Positions 40,760 to 54,299 of a stretch of DNA of 64,000 nucleotides are shown piece by piece. The stretch lies in the NCBI RefSeq assembly GCF_009914755.1, contig NC_060947.1; one strand, written 5' to 3'. The notes beneath the pieces are model-generated. The model had not been told where the DNA came from and searched no databases. It saw only the letters and a program-made list of their open reading frames with translations. Every line of letters begins with the position of its first letter. Position 1 is the stretch's first letter. This DNA is from the human T2T-CHM13v2.0 reference genome, Homo sapiens. Both the position numbers and the translations under genes were made by a program.

Positions 40760-42160
40760 GATTCTCATTCAAGAACCTGCTCCAAGCAGGTTTTCATCTC
40801 TACCACTCCACTGGCACCATACTTACCATGATTACCAATGATCTCCACATTGCCAAATCCAATAGGCAATTCTCACTCATCTTATTCAACCTTTCTGTGG
40901 CATTTGACACGTGAAATCTTTTCTATACATGGCTTCTGTAACCAGCACTCTTTTGATTCACATTCTTCCTCCTTGGCTACTCCTTCTTATTCTCCTCTAA
41001 GGAATCTTTAGATATATAACAGGCTTCTCAAAATTCAACATTGAATTCTTGATTACTCCCATCCAAACCTTTCCCCTAAGACTTCTTCATCTTAGTAAAA
41101 GGACTGGCATTTACTCAGTCCCTCAGACCAAACTTTTTGGGACCATTCTTGACTCCTCCTTACTCCCACACCTGCATCCAATCCATCAGCAAATCTTGCA
41201 AACTCTATCATCAAAATATGTGTGTATCTCTAGGGTAGGTTTGTCTAACTTAGGCACTATTGATATTTTGAGCCACATAATTCTTTGTTGTGAGAGGCCG
41301 TCCTGTGCACTGTAGAATGTTTAGCAACATCGCTGACCTACACCCACTAGACACCTGTAGCAACCCTGCACCCACATTATGACAATAAAAAATGCCTCCA
41401 GATATTGCCAAATGTTCCAGGGTGGCGGGAGCAAAATCACCCCCGTTGAGAACCACTGCCCTAAAGTAATAACTTCTCACCACCTCCACCCAAGTCCAAG
41501 CCACCACCAGCTTTCCCCTGGAGTAGGACAGTGTTCCTGTTCCCACCTCTGCCTCCCACAAGTTTATTCTCAAAAGAACATCGACTGATCCTTTAAAAAC
41601 ATAAGTCAAATCATGTCACTTCCTGGCTCAAAACCTTCTAAAAGCTTCTTATTGTATTTTTTTAAAAATGCTCGCGTTCTTACCATGGCTTACAAGACCC
41701 TACAAGATCTGGCCTCTGCCTATCTCTTAAACCTTGTCTCCTGCCACCTTCCCCCTCACTCCCGCCATGATGGCCTCCTTGCTGGTCCTCAGGTACAACA
41801 AGCAGATCTTGAGCACAGATGCTTTGTACTTACTCTTCTCTCTCCCAGGCATGCTCTTGTCCAGTTGTTCAATGGCTCACTCACCATATCTAGGTCTCAG
41901 TTTAAATGTCACCTCCTTGGAGAGGACTTCCATAACTAAAACAGCACTCTAGGCACTATTCCCTTCTTTTTTTCTTTTAAAGCACTTATCACAACTTGGT
42001 ATTATATACTTGTTTATTGTGTGTCTTCTGTATTAGAATGTCAGCTCCATGAAGGCAGGCACTTTGTCTTGTTCACCACTGTATCCTCCCCACTAAGAAT
42101 GGTACTAAGCACACAGCAGGTGTTGAATAACAATGTGTTGAATAACAATGTGTTGAATAT
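40760..42160 (+). mobile_element. L2 3' region interrupted by MER20
   Basis: caatgatctccacattgccaaatccaat..., catccaatccatcagcaaatc, gctccatgaaggcaggcactttgtcttgttcaccactgtatcc. Confidence 0.8.
41236..41458 (-). mobile_element. MER20
   Basis: gtcctgtgcactgtagaatgtttagcaacatc...ccagatattgccaaatg...gttgagaaccactg. Confidence 0.85.
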
Positions 42161-42161
42161 A

Positions 42162-42686
42162 TGTGATCTAAGTCCTAAATTAAGGCCCAGTATTATGTGC
42201 TGCCTTCGCAGGTGGTAAAATTAGGAGGGCCTTGAATGCCATAACCACAAGTTCTCTTTCCCACTCTACTCTTGTAGATAAGGTCCCCTAGCCAAACAAT
42301 CCTCCTTAACAAGGGGACGAGGCACAATTGTTGCCTATATACGAGTAGGGAGTTTCAGTTCCCTGCCAGAGTGTGGAGTTATTCAAACCGACCAATCACA
42401 TCTTCCCAGGGAACGGGGAACCCCACTCTCTTGACACTACAAAGCCTGCCTCCCACAGACCCTGCTGCTTCAATTTCTTCAGGAGTTTCTCTTTGTTCAC
42501 CAGTGAACCCCCATGTGTCCTTGCATGAAATGTAGTGCCCTCGTCCCTGGGATGTGAGTATATGTGGCTAATAAACTGCTGTCAGTCTTGTCTGTTCAGT
42601 GACAGACGTCATGTGTTCAGCCATCCACATAACCCCATGACATGAATCTCTCCCTCAACAACGGGATAATAGGAGGCAAGTAAGAC
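42162..42686 (+). mobile_element. MER73-like ERVL solo LTR
   Basis: gtcctaaattaagg...tattatgtgctgcctt...ttattcaaaccgaccaatcacatc...ctaataaactgctg. Confidence 0.6.
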
Positions 42687-44440
42687 ATTGTATGAATGAA
42701 CGTAGAAATCTTTTCACAACTAAGGCCCATCAGATATGGGAATTTAGCTCTCACTTCCCTCTAAGTCTTTTCTTCTTCAGGATAAACATCATCCAGTCCC
42801 TTCAGTGCCCTCACAGGTCTTGACTCCCAGACCCTCTCCATCCTCATACACTACTTTTGATGTCCAGATCATACCCGCCTTGCAACACAGGGCCTACAAG
42901 TGAGCATAGGAACTTCTCTCCACATGTGGGCTGACCACTGAAATGAAAACAGCAGATCCTGGAATTAGACAATTCTGGGGTCTGATCAAAGCTCTCTAGC
43001 TTCCACTCTGAGTCAACCTAGACAGGTTACCTCACCTCAGTTTCCTCATCTGGAAAAGTGGAAATAACAATAAGTTCCCCGTAAGGTTTTTGTGAGGCTC
43101 AATCAAAAGCATCTCTATGGAGTGCAGTCCAGAGTTGGTACTCAATGAGCAGTTGCTATTATTAACATAATCAAGTAAGAAAGACAAATGTTCCACAGAA
43201 GTAAACCAGGATTTGGGGAAGAAAGCAGGCTGAGGGTGGCCTGAGGATGAGTACAACCAGCCTAGGCTTCCAAATGGGAGCTCTCTCACATGGTTCCCCT
43301 AGGAAGAGGGTGCGACTGCTAACTCCCATCCCAGCTGCATAGACAGCAAACATTCTCAGCCTCCAAAACAGGAGTCCAATTACCAAAATCACATAATATA
43401 TGTTTTTTGCTTCTGTCCATGAAACCAAAAGAAAATCTTTTAATTTTTTTTCAAAATTATGAGTCCCAAATGTTCACGACATGGAACAAGGACCCAATCA
43501 ATTAAAATCAATTATGGAAGTTAAGGGGGGAAGTCACAAAAATAGAAATTGATACACATCTGACTTCAGGAGTATTTTTAAGTCTCCTTAGAAGCAGTTT
43601 CCTTATGGGAATATTCATATTTAGGACTGATTTTTCATAAATGTCTTCAATCAGATCCAGAAAAAAACTGTTGTCACTAACACCAGCAATTTTTTTGGCA
43701 ATAAAAAGACGTTCAGCTCTTTCTCAGCTTGCAAAATTATGGATGTTGTAGTGTTCCACCTGCCATTCACTTAAAAATAATTAGTTAAGAATGAAAACTA
43801 TTTTTTTTCTCTTTGGGGAAGCTCCAGTATAATCTGGAAGAGTTCCCATTGTTGTGATGCAGTTCCTATGGTTGTGATGCAGTTCCATAAAGTTGTATGT
43901 CTTAGTTTTTATGAACATTAAGTTGCAGCAATTAAAACAAATGGAAATATCAAAAGAATCTGATACCAGTTATATTAAAAAGAGTTATTTAAAGGACCCA
44001 TAGCCCTTAACTGAATGCTAGGTAAATCAGTTAAGCAGACGTGGTCTGGGCATCTGCTCAGTGCCTGGCCCTGTGTTAGGGGGACAGTAAGAATGAAGAT
44101 TCATGGCTGACAAGCACACAGCTACAGCAGAGCCAAGGCCTTAGAAAGGGATAGTCTGGTAGGTGGAACGGACAAGGATAGAGGGTGAAAATAGATCCAG
44201 AGTGCTAGGACCATTCTAGATTCTCACAGCTCAGTCCATGCCCATCTACTGCAGCTCACCTACATGCCATATCCCATGTACACCCTCAACCCCTGCTACC
44301 AGTGCCTGGGTTTCATCTGTTCAGATGAGGTGCTTAACACACAATCAACTGGTTGGCCTTCAGCAAGTCACTTCACCGCTGTGAGACTCCATTTCTTCAC
44401 AGTCAAATAGGGATGATAAATGTACCTATACTTTACATGA

Positions 44441-44609
44441 CAGCAGTCAGCCATGGCTACAACAGTAAAGGTCATGTATTTATATATTGTCTGTTGTGGT
44501 TTTTGCACTACAAGGCCGAGTTGAGTCATTGTAACAGAGACTGTATGGCCCACAAAGCCTAACATATTTACTATTTGGCCCTTTACAGAAAATGTTCACT
44601 GACCCTTCC
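44441..44609 (+). mobile_element. MER58-like hAT MITE
   Basis: gttgagtcattgtaacagagactgtatggcccacaaagcctaacatatttactatttggccctttacagaaaa. Confidence 0.8.
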
Positions 44610-45046
44610 CATAGAACGTCCTCCCCTTTTGTTTCTACTTGGCTAAGCCTTACTCATTTTTAAAAATTCAGCTCAAGAGTCCCCTCCTTTAGGAAACCTT
44701 CCCAGACCTTTTGCCCTGTCAGTGCTCCAAAGAAATCGGGAATCTAACCCTTCCTCTCCACCTCCACTTTGCACTCAGTTCCTGCCCCTATCAAAGTACG
44801 AATCACACTGGGCTGGAAATATCTGTCTGAAACCCAAGACAGTGACTTCTCTGTGGGATGGCTCATTCATCTGTGGATTCTGAGTACCCAGAACACAGGG
44901 CATGGCCTGGAAAATGGTACCAAATAAATCCTGCTTCAATGAACAGGCTTGGCTGGCCTGTATTTTTAATGTCACACAAAGTCAGCATTCAATAATCCCC
45001 TTGGCACTTAGATGAGGTCACAGTCATGTCCCGTCGGCAAGAATAA

Positions 45047-45065
45047 TGACCTCTAGAGGGAGCTG
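45047..45065 (+). promoter_or_regulatory. Candidate CTCF motif
   Basis: tgacctctagagggagctg resembles the CTCF core CCNCYAGRKGGMRS, in non-repeat sequence. Confidence 0.3.
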
Positions 45066-47493
45066 TGCTCCAGTAGACAGGTGTGGCTGAAGAAAGTCAG
45101 CAGGAGAGTACAACCTGCTCCTGCTGGGCAGTTTCATCCCTGCAAGCCTCAAGCCCAAAAGCTATTTCCAAATCTTTCTCCACTCAAATGTCAGCTCTGA
45201 GAATGGCTTCACCAGGGGTCTGTTGTCTGAGCCACATCCCAGTCCACTGGGTCCTCTTGCCTGTCCAAAGGGCTTACCTCCTTCATTTCAGCTCACCACA
45301 CCCAACTTTGGCCAATCCCCAACTCGCGACACCACAACCAATGTGTCTTAGGTACTACTTCACTCACCATCTACTAGCATGGCTATGGACCTTGGCTTTT
45401 CACTTGATCATTTTCTTCTTAGGTATTAATCTTAGTACTAGGAATGGAGGGTGCAGTGCCGCAGAAAAAAAGCACCATACCCAGGTGTTACTACAGGTTC
45501 CTCCACTTTCTTACTGTGAGAACCTTGAGCAACTTAGGCCTCACCTTCCTTATTCACAATTTGGAGATGATATCACCACCTGGTCAGAGGAAGGGAGGCG
45601 ATCATAGGAGTGAAAATGTTCTTCCATCTAAGATGTGTGATTCTCAATAGATAGGAGCATGACCCCCTTCCACAAGAAGGTTTTTCAGAGCCACCTGGAG
45701 TACTTTCTCCAACTATATCCAGCCCTGGGAAGATCTAGAACAAGGTCTTCACCTCTTGAGAATGAGAGCTGGGTGAGGTATCTTTACCTGTGGCGGATTA
45801 GTGTGTCTCAAAGGTCTGAGGCAGGAAAGGGGTTGACAACCACCACTCTGGTGTTGTACAAATGGAAGAGGACATTGTAGTGTAGTAATGAAGAGGCCAA
45901 CAAGGAATGGGGCTCCAGTAATGTTTCCCAACTTTTTTCATGTATGGCACTTAGTACAGCATGCCAATCGTACATGGCATGCTGGGGGAAACAGCTGAGG
46001 CTGCTGGCCACCACAGGCAACTCAGGGCCAGCACTCTTGGCAGTCACAAGGGCTAAGGAGAATGACATGCCAAATACCCCTTAACTTATTTTTCAGCACA
46101 TACTTAGGAAATTGTGCTTGAGCAGATGTTGGTAACTTTGACATATGACCACCTTTCAGGGGCAAGTAAGCCAATACAAGGGTTAAGAGTATACTTATAA
46201 TCATTACCCCACCAACCCCTGGCATACCAGGAGTCAAAACCACATCCCATCACTAGGAAAACAGGCTGATGTCGCTTTAGAACCTCACCCTCCTTTGAGT
46301 TTAAGGGAGGTTCTTGGTTCACTGCATGAGTCTGCCTCTCTTTCCACTTCTGATGTTCCTTAGCCAGGACTCATAGGCATTATTCTACCTAAGCCTGAAT
46401 CCTGGACTATGCTCAAATGGGGAAAACAATTTGCCCAGAAGCTTAAGAAACTCAAGAGCTTAAGAAACAGCATCAGTACCAGGATCACGCTCAGGACCAG
46501 GGATGCAGGTGCTGCCCTGGTCCTGGACTCTAGTTCTCATTACCGGGATTATCCTTCTTCCTTAGAGTGAGATCCCTGCCTCATCTTCCAAACCCAGTAA
46601 CTTGTTTCTTGTTTTGTTTCTGTGTCCAAAGCTGTCTGTTTCCCAGTTCCTAAAGGCCTGGATACCTATCTTATTCTTTCCTAATCTCTAAAGGCCTAGA
46701 ATGCATACTCTCGGCAGTAACTACGACACCAATCATTATATACTACCACAATCCCCTAGGCCCACTTGGTTCTCTGGATCTCATACTCTGAATTTTTTCC
46801 AAGACCTTGAGGCTAATTGTTCTCCCCAGTGCTTGTGCCATCCTGTCTGGGGTGCCTGCTGTCTACATCCATGCCCTTCCTGGTCTGGCCTCTGCCTAGT
46901 CAATGGAGTCCAAAGGCTCTTTCTCCTATATAGCCTCTGCTTTAGCATGACAAAGACATGGAGTAAAACTGCAGGTCAACTGCTCACTAGCTGTATGACC
47001 TTGAACAAGTCAGTCTGCTTCGACTTCCTCATTTATGAAATGATAATATGAAAATTGCCCACCTTATAATGTCATTGTGAAAATTAATGAAAACGTTGCA
47101 TTCGTTCATTAAATAAATGGTTGAGTGCCTACTATGTGTGAGGCACTGTGCTAATCAGTCAATAGGAGATAGAGTGGTGCTCTCTGGTATTAACATTCTA
47201 ATGGAAACTAGTAAATAATTATCTATAAATATTAGTTATAATAATGACAATGCTGGTCAGGGACCATTTCATTTTAAGTGTTTACTAGACCTTCTGCAGT
47301 CTATTTCAGCACCTGCAACAACGGTTGGCATAGCAACACTATAATCAGTCTGAACATTGTTCCTAATTTAATCCCTTCATTCAATAAATGTGGTGGTGGG
47401 GGAGGGGGGAGCTCCTCTGTGCAGCTACTCTGGCTGATGCTATGGAGGCATTCTTCCCAAACCTGGTTCTTCAGCAAAATAATCAGGGAAATA

Positions 47494-47517
47494 TACACAC
47501 ACACATACACATACATA

Positions 47518-47551
<34 letters not shown>

Positions 47552-47563
47552 TGTGTGTGTGTG
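47494..47563. repeat. (CA)n/(CATA)n followed by (TG)n
   Basis: tacacacacacatacac...acacacatgtgtgtgtgtgt. Confidence 0.95.
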
Positions 47564-49750
47564 TAATTTATGTAATTAATATAATATGTAATAATATAAT
47601 GAAATATTTAATATAATGTAATTTATAATATCATATGATATATTCATCACATATTACACTTTCAGTTCTACTAAATCTGAATCACCAGGGTCAAGAATAT
47701 GTGTATTTTAAGGCTCCTCAAGTGATTCTGATAACCAGCCCAGCTCAGAAACTGATGCAGTGGAGAACAGGGAGAAGACAGCCTAAATCCCACCCTTGTT
47801 AGCATGGCCTTCTTTAGGCCCTTTGTAGAACAAATAAACTACTGCATGCATAAGTGCAGAGGAGGAAGAGGCATTTTTTGTAAGGGGCACTTGAGAAAGA
47901 TTGCATATTAGAGACAGGCCCCAAAAGATGACAGATCTCTTGCGTCTGAAAAGACCCAAAGCAGCAAAAGAAAGCTAGGAGATACCAGACTGGGGCCCAA
48001 GTTCAAAATTCTCACATTTCTTTATGAAGATAATGATGAGTTCGAGCTCCCAAGTGTCATGATGGCCCTATCTGTAACACAAACACATGCTGAGAAAAAG
48101 TCCAGGCAGAGGGCTAGGAGGCAGATCCTTTATTTGCTTGAAAATGTCAGCAGACACACTACTAGACCCAGGAACAGTCTCTTCCTTTCTCACTGTGACC
48201 ACTCCTGCCTTATTTGTTTAAAATGAGGGCAAGTCCCTGATGTTCCACCTTATCGATTCTCTGACATTTCGGAGAAAGCCACTTGTCCGTCTCAAGCCCA
48301 TTTTCAAAGTCCTTCAATAAGGATTCCTTTCTGCTTTCAACCAATATTTATGGAGTACCTTTTATGAAGCGGGGACAGTAGTAAGAACTGAATGAATAGG
48401 GAACAAGGAACTAACAAAAGATTGAACAAATATGTGACAGAAGTATAACTTCAAATGAACAATTTTTAAACTATTTAGTATTTCTGCCTCCTTATTCTTC
48501 TATACAAATTTTGCTAGCAATTTGTCACATCTTATAAAATAACCCACTGGGACTTTAATTGGCATGTAGTGACACTATATATTAACTCAGGGAATATTGC
48601 ATCTTTCTTATATTTTGTCTTTTCATCTGGAACAAGGCATCTCTCCATTCATTTATTTAATGTCTTTTATTCTTCCCATTATGATTGTATAATTTTATTT
48701 AAATAAATCTCATGTCCCAAATTAAATTAATGCCAAAGTATTTAATGTATTCTGTCTCCATTGCAAATGAATTATCTTACTCACTATATTCTTCAATTGT
48801 TTGCAACTAAAAACATGTGTTAATTTGCTTTGAATTACATGACATTGCTGAGCTCATTTATACCAACTAATATTTGATAGTCTTCTGTGTCCTAGACATG
48901 CACAGTCTTTCTGGAGTGTATCCCCAGTACCTATCACAATGCCTGGCATACGGTAGGTGCTAGACCTATTAAGAAAGGTTTGGCTTTCTTTGCTGATGGC
49001 ATTACTTTTTCCTTATTAATGCCTATGGCTCAAATTTCTACTATACTGTTAAAAAATGGTAGAGCCTTAGTCCTATTTTTGTCATCTGTAATTTTTTCTA
49101 TTTTCATAGGGACTTTCTCTTTTCCCCATGAAATAGTGTTAGATTTTATACCAAAATATATGAAAATCATACTCGTTTTTGGGTTGCCAAATAAATTATC
49201 CAAGAATAGTTGTTTCATTTATTGGATGCTTTTTCAACATCTATTTAAAAATATTATTTTAATTACGTTTTCGTATTAATATGATTATCATAATTTTTGT
49301 TTTATCATCGTATCCTGTGCTCCTAGATTAAATGCCACTTAAAGATAAATTTGTAAGTGGAATGATTTTTCTATTTATAATTCTTAATGAAGAATGAATA
49401 TCCATAAATAAGGTTGGCCTATAATTTTCTTTTTTTTTGTACTTTTTCCCAATTTGAGGATTGAAATCATGTTTCCTCAAAATGTAAATTAGGAATTGGG
49501 TAAACTAGTGTCAATTCAACATTTAAAAACAGTTTATGAGAGAATTTTTTTATTCTGGTAGAAAGTATAGCATAGGAAAAGATAATAAACTTTGTAGCCA
49601 GATAAATCTGGGTTCAAATCCCCACTCTATCACTTATTTGCTGAGGGATTCAGGCAAGCCATTTAACCTTTCTGAGCCTATTAGATCAGCTGTAAACTGG
49701 TTTTACTAATGGTACCCATATATAATTGTTGTATGGATTAGAATATAGAG

Positions 49751-49752
<2 letters not shown>

Positions 49753-49791
<39 letters not shown>
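49753..49791. repeat. (TG)n microsatellite
   Basis: ~19 TG units. Confidence 0.98.
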
Positions 49792-49796
<5 letters not shown>

Positions 49797-49834
49797 GATT
49801 AAATTTACAGTAGGCAGTCAAAAATGATGAACAG

Positions 49835-50124
49835 AGCTAGGTGCAGTGGCTCACACACTTCGGGAGGCCGAGATTGGAGGATCTCTTGAGACCAGGAGTT
49901 CAAGACCAACTGGGGCAATATAGGGAGACCCTGTCTCTACAGAAAATTTTAAAAATTAGCTGAGCATGGTGGCATATGCCTGTATTCCCAGCTACTCAGG
50001 AGGCTGAAGTAGGAGGACTGTTTGAGCCCAGGAGATCAAGACTGCGGTGAGCCATAATCATGCCAGTGCACTCCAGCCTGGGTGACAGAGCATGACCCTG
50101 TCTCAAAAAATAAAAATAAAAAAT
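49835..50124 (+). mobile_element. AluJ-like with small 5' deletion
   Basis: Dimeric Alu; gtggctcacacactt lacks cctgtaatcccag. Confidence 0.93.
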
Positions 50125-51330
50125 ATCAACGTTGCTCTAGAAGTCTGAATTCTTTCTATTAATCTATTGGAGCCAAAAACCCATGGTTTGTGTGGATTTT
50201 ATGATAGGACTTTAATTATTTTTCTTATTCCTTCCTTTGCTACCAGTCTATTCATGTTTTCTGTTTAAGCTTGCACGAGTTTTATATAATTTTGCAGGAG
50301 GTCATTCATTTCTGCTCTGGTTCATCTGATTTATTAGCACATACAGAAGGTTATTGTTTCTCTGCAAATTTCTAAATCTTTCACATTCATCATCTGATCT
50401 CCTGTCTCAGTACTAATGTAATGAATTTGTGTTTTCTCTTTTTTTAGTTAGCTAAACAGTTGTTCATTTTTTTCAAAGACAAGATGTAGTATTTAATAGC
50501 TTTTTCTCTAGTTTATTTCTGGTTTTACGTTTACTACTTCCTCTGCCCACCATTTCTGGCTTCTGACATTCTTCCTATTAGAAAGCATCTAGGTGCAAGC
50601 TTAATTCATTATATTTGGCCTTCCTTTCTTTAAGACATAAACATCTAGAGTAATGTATCTTCCTCCAAGCACCACTTTGGCAACATACAACACTATTTTG
50701 TTATGTTCATATTTATGCTTGTTTTGCTTTTTAAAATGTCTAGGTTATTAGGATCTGCACTTCTATCAAAATCAAGGTGTTATGTAAGAGAGCATGTTGG
50801 TAATTTCCCTTAATTTTTTCTCATTTTATTGTAGTTTCACAAAATGCTTTCTTAGTACTTTTGTCTTTTAACATTTACAAAGTATGTATCTAAGTCCAAG
50901 TATGTCATTTTTATGAATGATATGCACACATCTGTGAAGAAATCTTATCACTACCTTAAGAGCAAATAATGTGATTAGTTTGAAATCTATGCTGTCATTT
51001 TTAATTAAAATAAGAGCAAGAGGACTTTGAAAAATGTATATTTTCATTTTAAGATTCTAATCTTGACTATGGGAATTCTTCCAAAGGAAAATGAAATGCT
51101 CTTAGTTAATTTCCTAATATTGCCACTTAAACATAAGAATGACAGACTAAACAAACTATTTTAATGTGTTAATTCTAACCAAATGTAGTAATTCTTGCTA
51201 TTTAAACTCAGGAACATAGTAAGATCTCATTTTAGTAGAGTGAAAATACACCAGTGTTGCAATATGTACCTCTTCTATGGCCATAGGTCAAGGGAAATAA
51301 AATCCACATACTTCTTTTCTTATAATTGAC

Positions 51331-51592
51331 CAGCACTTTCCAATGTATATCCACTGGGTATTGATGGAGAGTAAGTGGGAAAAAAGGCTTCAGTGGTAAA
51401 ATACATTTGGGTAATGCTAGGTTACACAAAGGATTTCTTACTGCAAAATCTCTTAGGTTCTTTATATACTAATGTACCTTATGAATCTCTAAAAGAGGGA
51501 CATATGTTCTCAGGATTTGACCATGGATTCTTTCATTGTTCAGCATGTTGAAAGACTAATATTTTCATGGAATGCACTCTGGGAAACACTAT
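51331..51592. mobile_element. hAT-Charlie MITE (Charlie4-like)
   Basis: Imperfect TIRs cagcactttcc... / ...gggaaacact; internal atttgggtaatgctaggtt. Confidence 0.5.
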
Positions 51593-53093
51593 TGTAAGTA
51601 ACAAAAGCAGCTCTCCAAAGGCAGGGCTGCTTGGCCTTTGGAAGCAGTTTCTCCAGGCAAGCACATATCTGAGCCTGGAGGAGGCTCAGTAAACTCAAGC
51701 TGGGACCACGTGAAAAAAAAAAAAAAAAAAATTCTCACCAGAAGACTGGTGAGAAACGCCCAAGATGAGGGGAAAGGAGTGAGAGGAATGTCCTGGTGGT
51801 TGTTGTACAGATTTCAAAGGGTATACATCCAAAGGCCAAAGCATAGACTGTCCCAAGTCAAACTCCACTTAACATAGCAAAGGAAGAAGAATGGCTTCAT
51901 ATTGTAAGAAATGTATCTTTTCTCCTTTGAGGTTCACAACTATGCAATTATAGTGCTCTCTCTCTCTCCTCATCACTGTCACCTTAGGCCTCACAGGCAC
52001 CTTCTCATATTCACTGGGGGCTGTGGTACCTGACTCCCAAGTTTCCTCTTGGCCACAAGCCCCACCTTCACCCCAGGTGACTTCAACACACATGTGGACA
52101 ACATATCCAACTTCCGGCCTCTGAGTTCCTTGCTCTCTTCATCTCCAAAGATATTTACCTTTACATACCCACTTTGACCACTAGAGTTTGTTCTCACCTG
52201 GAACAGTTCAACTCTGAAATCTTAAATTGAAGCAGCCTACTTTCTGAGCACTAGTTTCCTCGGCCTTTTATTCTCACTCTTCTGGAACTTAGAAACTAGA
52301 AGAGTCAGGAGGCTATGAAGTCTCCATTAAGTCTATCGATCAGGCCACACTTGTCTTCCATCTTGGATACCATGGTCCCTGACTTCAATAATTATTTTAC
52401 GAATATTCTTAACAACTTTGCCTCTTCTTTCCATTTTTCCCACCTGGCAACCCCCTAACTCCAGATCAACATGGCAGAACATATGTCATGGAATCATATG
52501 GCCTGGCACTACTAGTTATATTGTCCAACCTCACTTGGGTCTTCAACCATGCTCAACAACATTATTGTGTACTAATACTATGTGTCCTAATCCAATTTCT
52601 TTCCCATTCCTCAATACAGCTCATTTAATCCTTTCATCTGTTTCCTCAAGCTTGATTTTACTACCTGTCAAAATATAGCACCTGTTTAAATCCCCTTCAT
52701 CTGCCATTCTGCAGATCCACATAACTATTTATTATTCTCAGAAGAAATCAGGTCTCTCTTGCCAGTGGGACTTTGCACATGCTGTTTCCTCTTCATGGAA
52801 CGCCTTTCTCCTGTGCTGGTAGAAAGTTACCTCCCCTTAAGCCTAGATAGCATCTCTCACAGAATGCTTTACCTTACACCCCGTCCCTTGCATCACCTTG
52901 CATCATGGTTTCCTCAAAATCCAACCATGTCAACCCATAAACTGCCAGACTCTCCTTGAAAGCAGGGACCATTCCTGTTCATTATTGGAGCCCGATACAC
53001 AACGTAGAGTAGTTTAAGGCATAGTTCTCAACCCGTGTTTGATGAATGATTAAACATAGAGTCATTAAACCCTTGTAAAGAAAGCAGTGAGTT

Positions 53094-53315
53094 GCAACCT
53101 CTGCCTCCCGGGTTCAAACAGTTCTCCTGCCTCAGCCTCCCCAGTAGCTGGGATTACAGGCACCCATCCTCATGCCTGGCTAATTTTTGTATTGTTGTAG
53201 AGATGGGGCTTTGCCATGTTGTCCCGGCTGGTCTCAAACTCCTGATCTCAGGTGATCCTCCCACCTCAGCCTCCCAAAGTACTGGGATTACACGTGTAAG
53301 CCACTGCAACCGGCC
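53094..53315 (-). mobile_element. AluS fragment truncated exactly at the retro-insertion boundary
   Basis: gcaacctctgcctcccgggttcaa...ccactgcaaccggcc; lacks the tail-side ~60 bp and poly(T). Confidence 0.95.
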
Positions 53316-54299
53316 TGTCAAGACAACTTCTGAGGTCTCTTCCTCCTTTTAACTGGGCAGAACCTTGATTGGAACTATTTCACAGGAGCTCAGATGAATG
53401 GCAGAAAAAAAAAACTGCTCATTCATTCTTTTTAAATTGTTAATTCATTACTTTATTTTTAAAAACTCTTTAATTCACTAAAATCATTTATCCTTGAGTC
53501 TTACTCTGGTAGAGAGCAGTGCACAGTGAGACTGACTTTAGAAAGCCAAAGATAGATTTGGCCAGTCCTGCTGTCCTTTCTATTTGCAATGTCTTGTAGG
53601 TATTAGTGGGAGTGAAAGAGCCTACCTGCAATTTTAGAGTGGCTATATATCCATTTGTTCAAGATTCTAGTATCCTGGGGCTGATCCTCACCTGTTTAGC
53701 TCCATAAGAAAGTGATGATTGTAAAAGTGACTGTCCAGGCAGGGTGTGGTCCACAGAAAGTGAAATGCTGCAAATTGCTTTAAAAACATTTTACTGCGGA
53801 GATCTGAATTGAAGGGTGATAGAGCAATTTGGTGTTGCTGAAAGAGATGATCATGTAAAAGCATAATATCTATGGTAATTCTTTTCAAAGCAGCATGGAG
53901 TGTGTCTTTGCTAATTTAGATCACATATCTGGTCTTGGTATCAATGATCAGTGCTTGGTTATGTGAGGCACCTACTGAATTTCTTGTGCTTGACACTAGG
54001 ACAGTTACAGATTGCAAATATCTATACAACCTTAGTTTCCTGACTCTATGTGCCATGTTTCTGCAATGGGAGTCTTAGATGTTTAAAATGACTGATAGTA
54101 TATGGAGGTGCTAAAAGCATCACTGCCAATTCCTAATATTTGGGGGCTCAAAGAATTGTTTTTACTTCCACTTTCATATCTGCACAGTGATCCACTCAAC
54201 TGCCACCCTATGGGGGTTCTGTCTCTGTACGTCTTCATCAGTCCTATCACGTCCTTCATCATGTCAAAATTTCAAAATAAAATTAAATAATGCTAAAAA
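53094..54299 (+). other. 5'-truncated retrotransposed non-TE transcript (retrocopy or orphan transduction)
   Basis: 17-bp TSD aaagaaagcagtgagtt (53077-53093) / aaagaaagcggtgagtt (54300-54316); AATAAA 54276-54281, A run from 54295. Confidence 0.8.

Larger units (their letters stand above)
48470..51000 (-). mobile_element. Highly diverged old L1M/HAL-type fragments (interrupted by L2, MIR, Alu)
   Basis: T-rich antisense L1-like phrases (ctgggactttaattggcatg, ttggcctataattttctttttt, gtctattcatgttttctg). Confidence 0.5.

Noticed and set aside
45083-45607. Longest ORF (174 aa)
   Set aside because: GTG start, no recognisable domain, 3' part overlaps a MIR-like sequence; length attainable by chance.
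45788-45815. 28-nt minus-strand microexon (cctttcctgcctcag|...CAG|gtaaag)
   Set aside because: Donor only moderate and no independent support; such pairs occur by chance in 64 kb.
53714-53807. C/D-box snoRNA-like spacing (gtgatga ... ctga)
   Set aside because: No terminal stem and no recognisable rRNA/snRNA guide.
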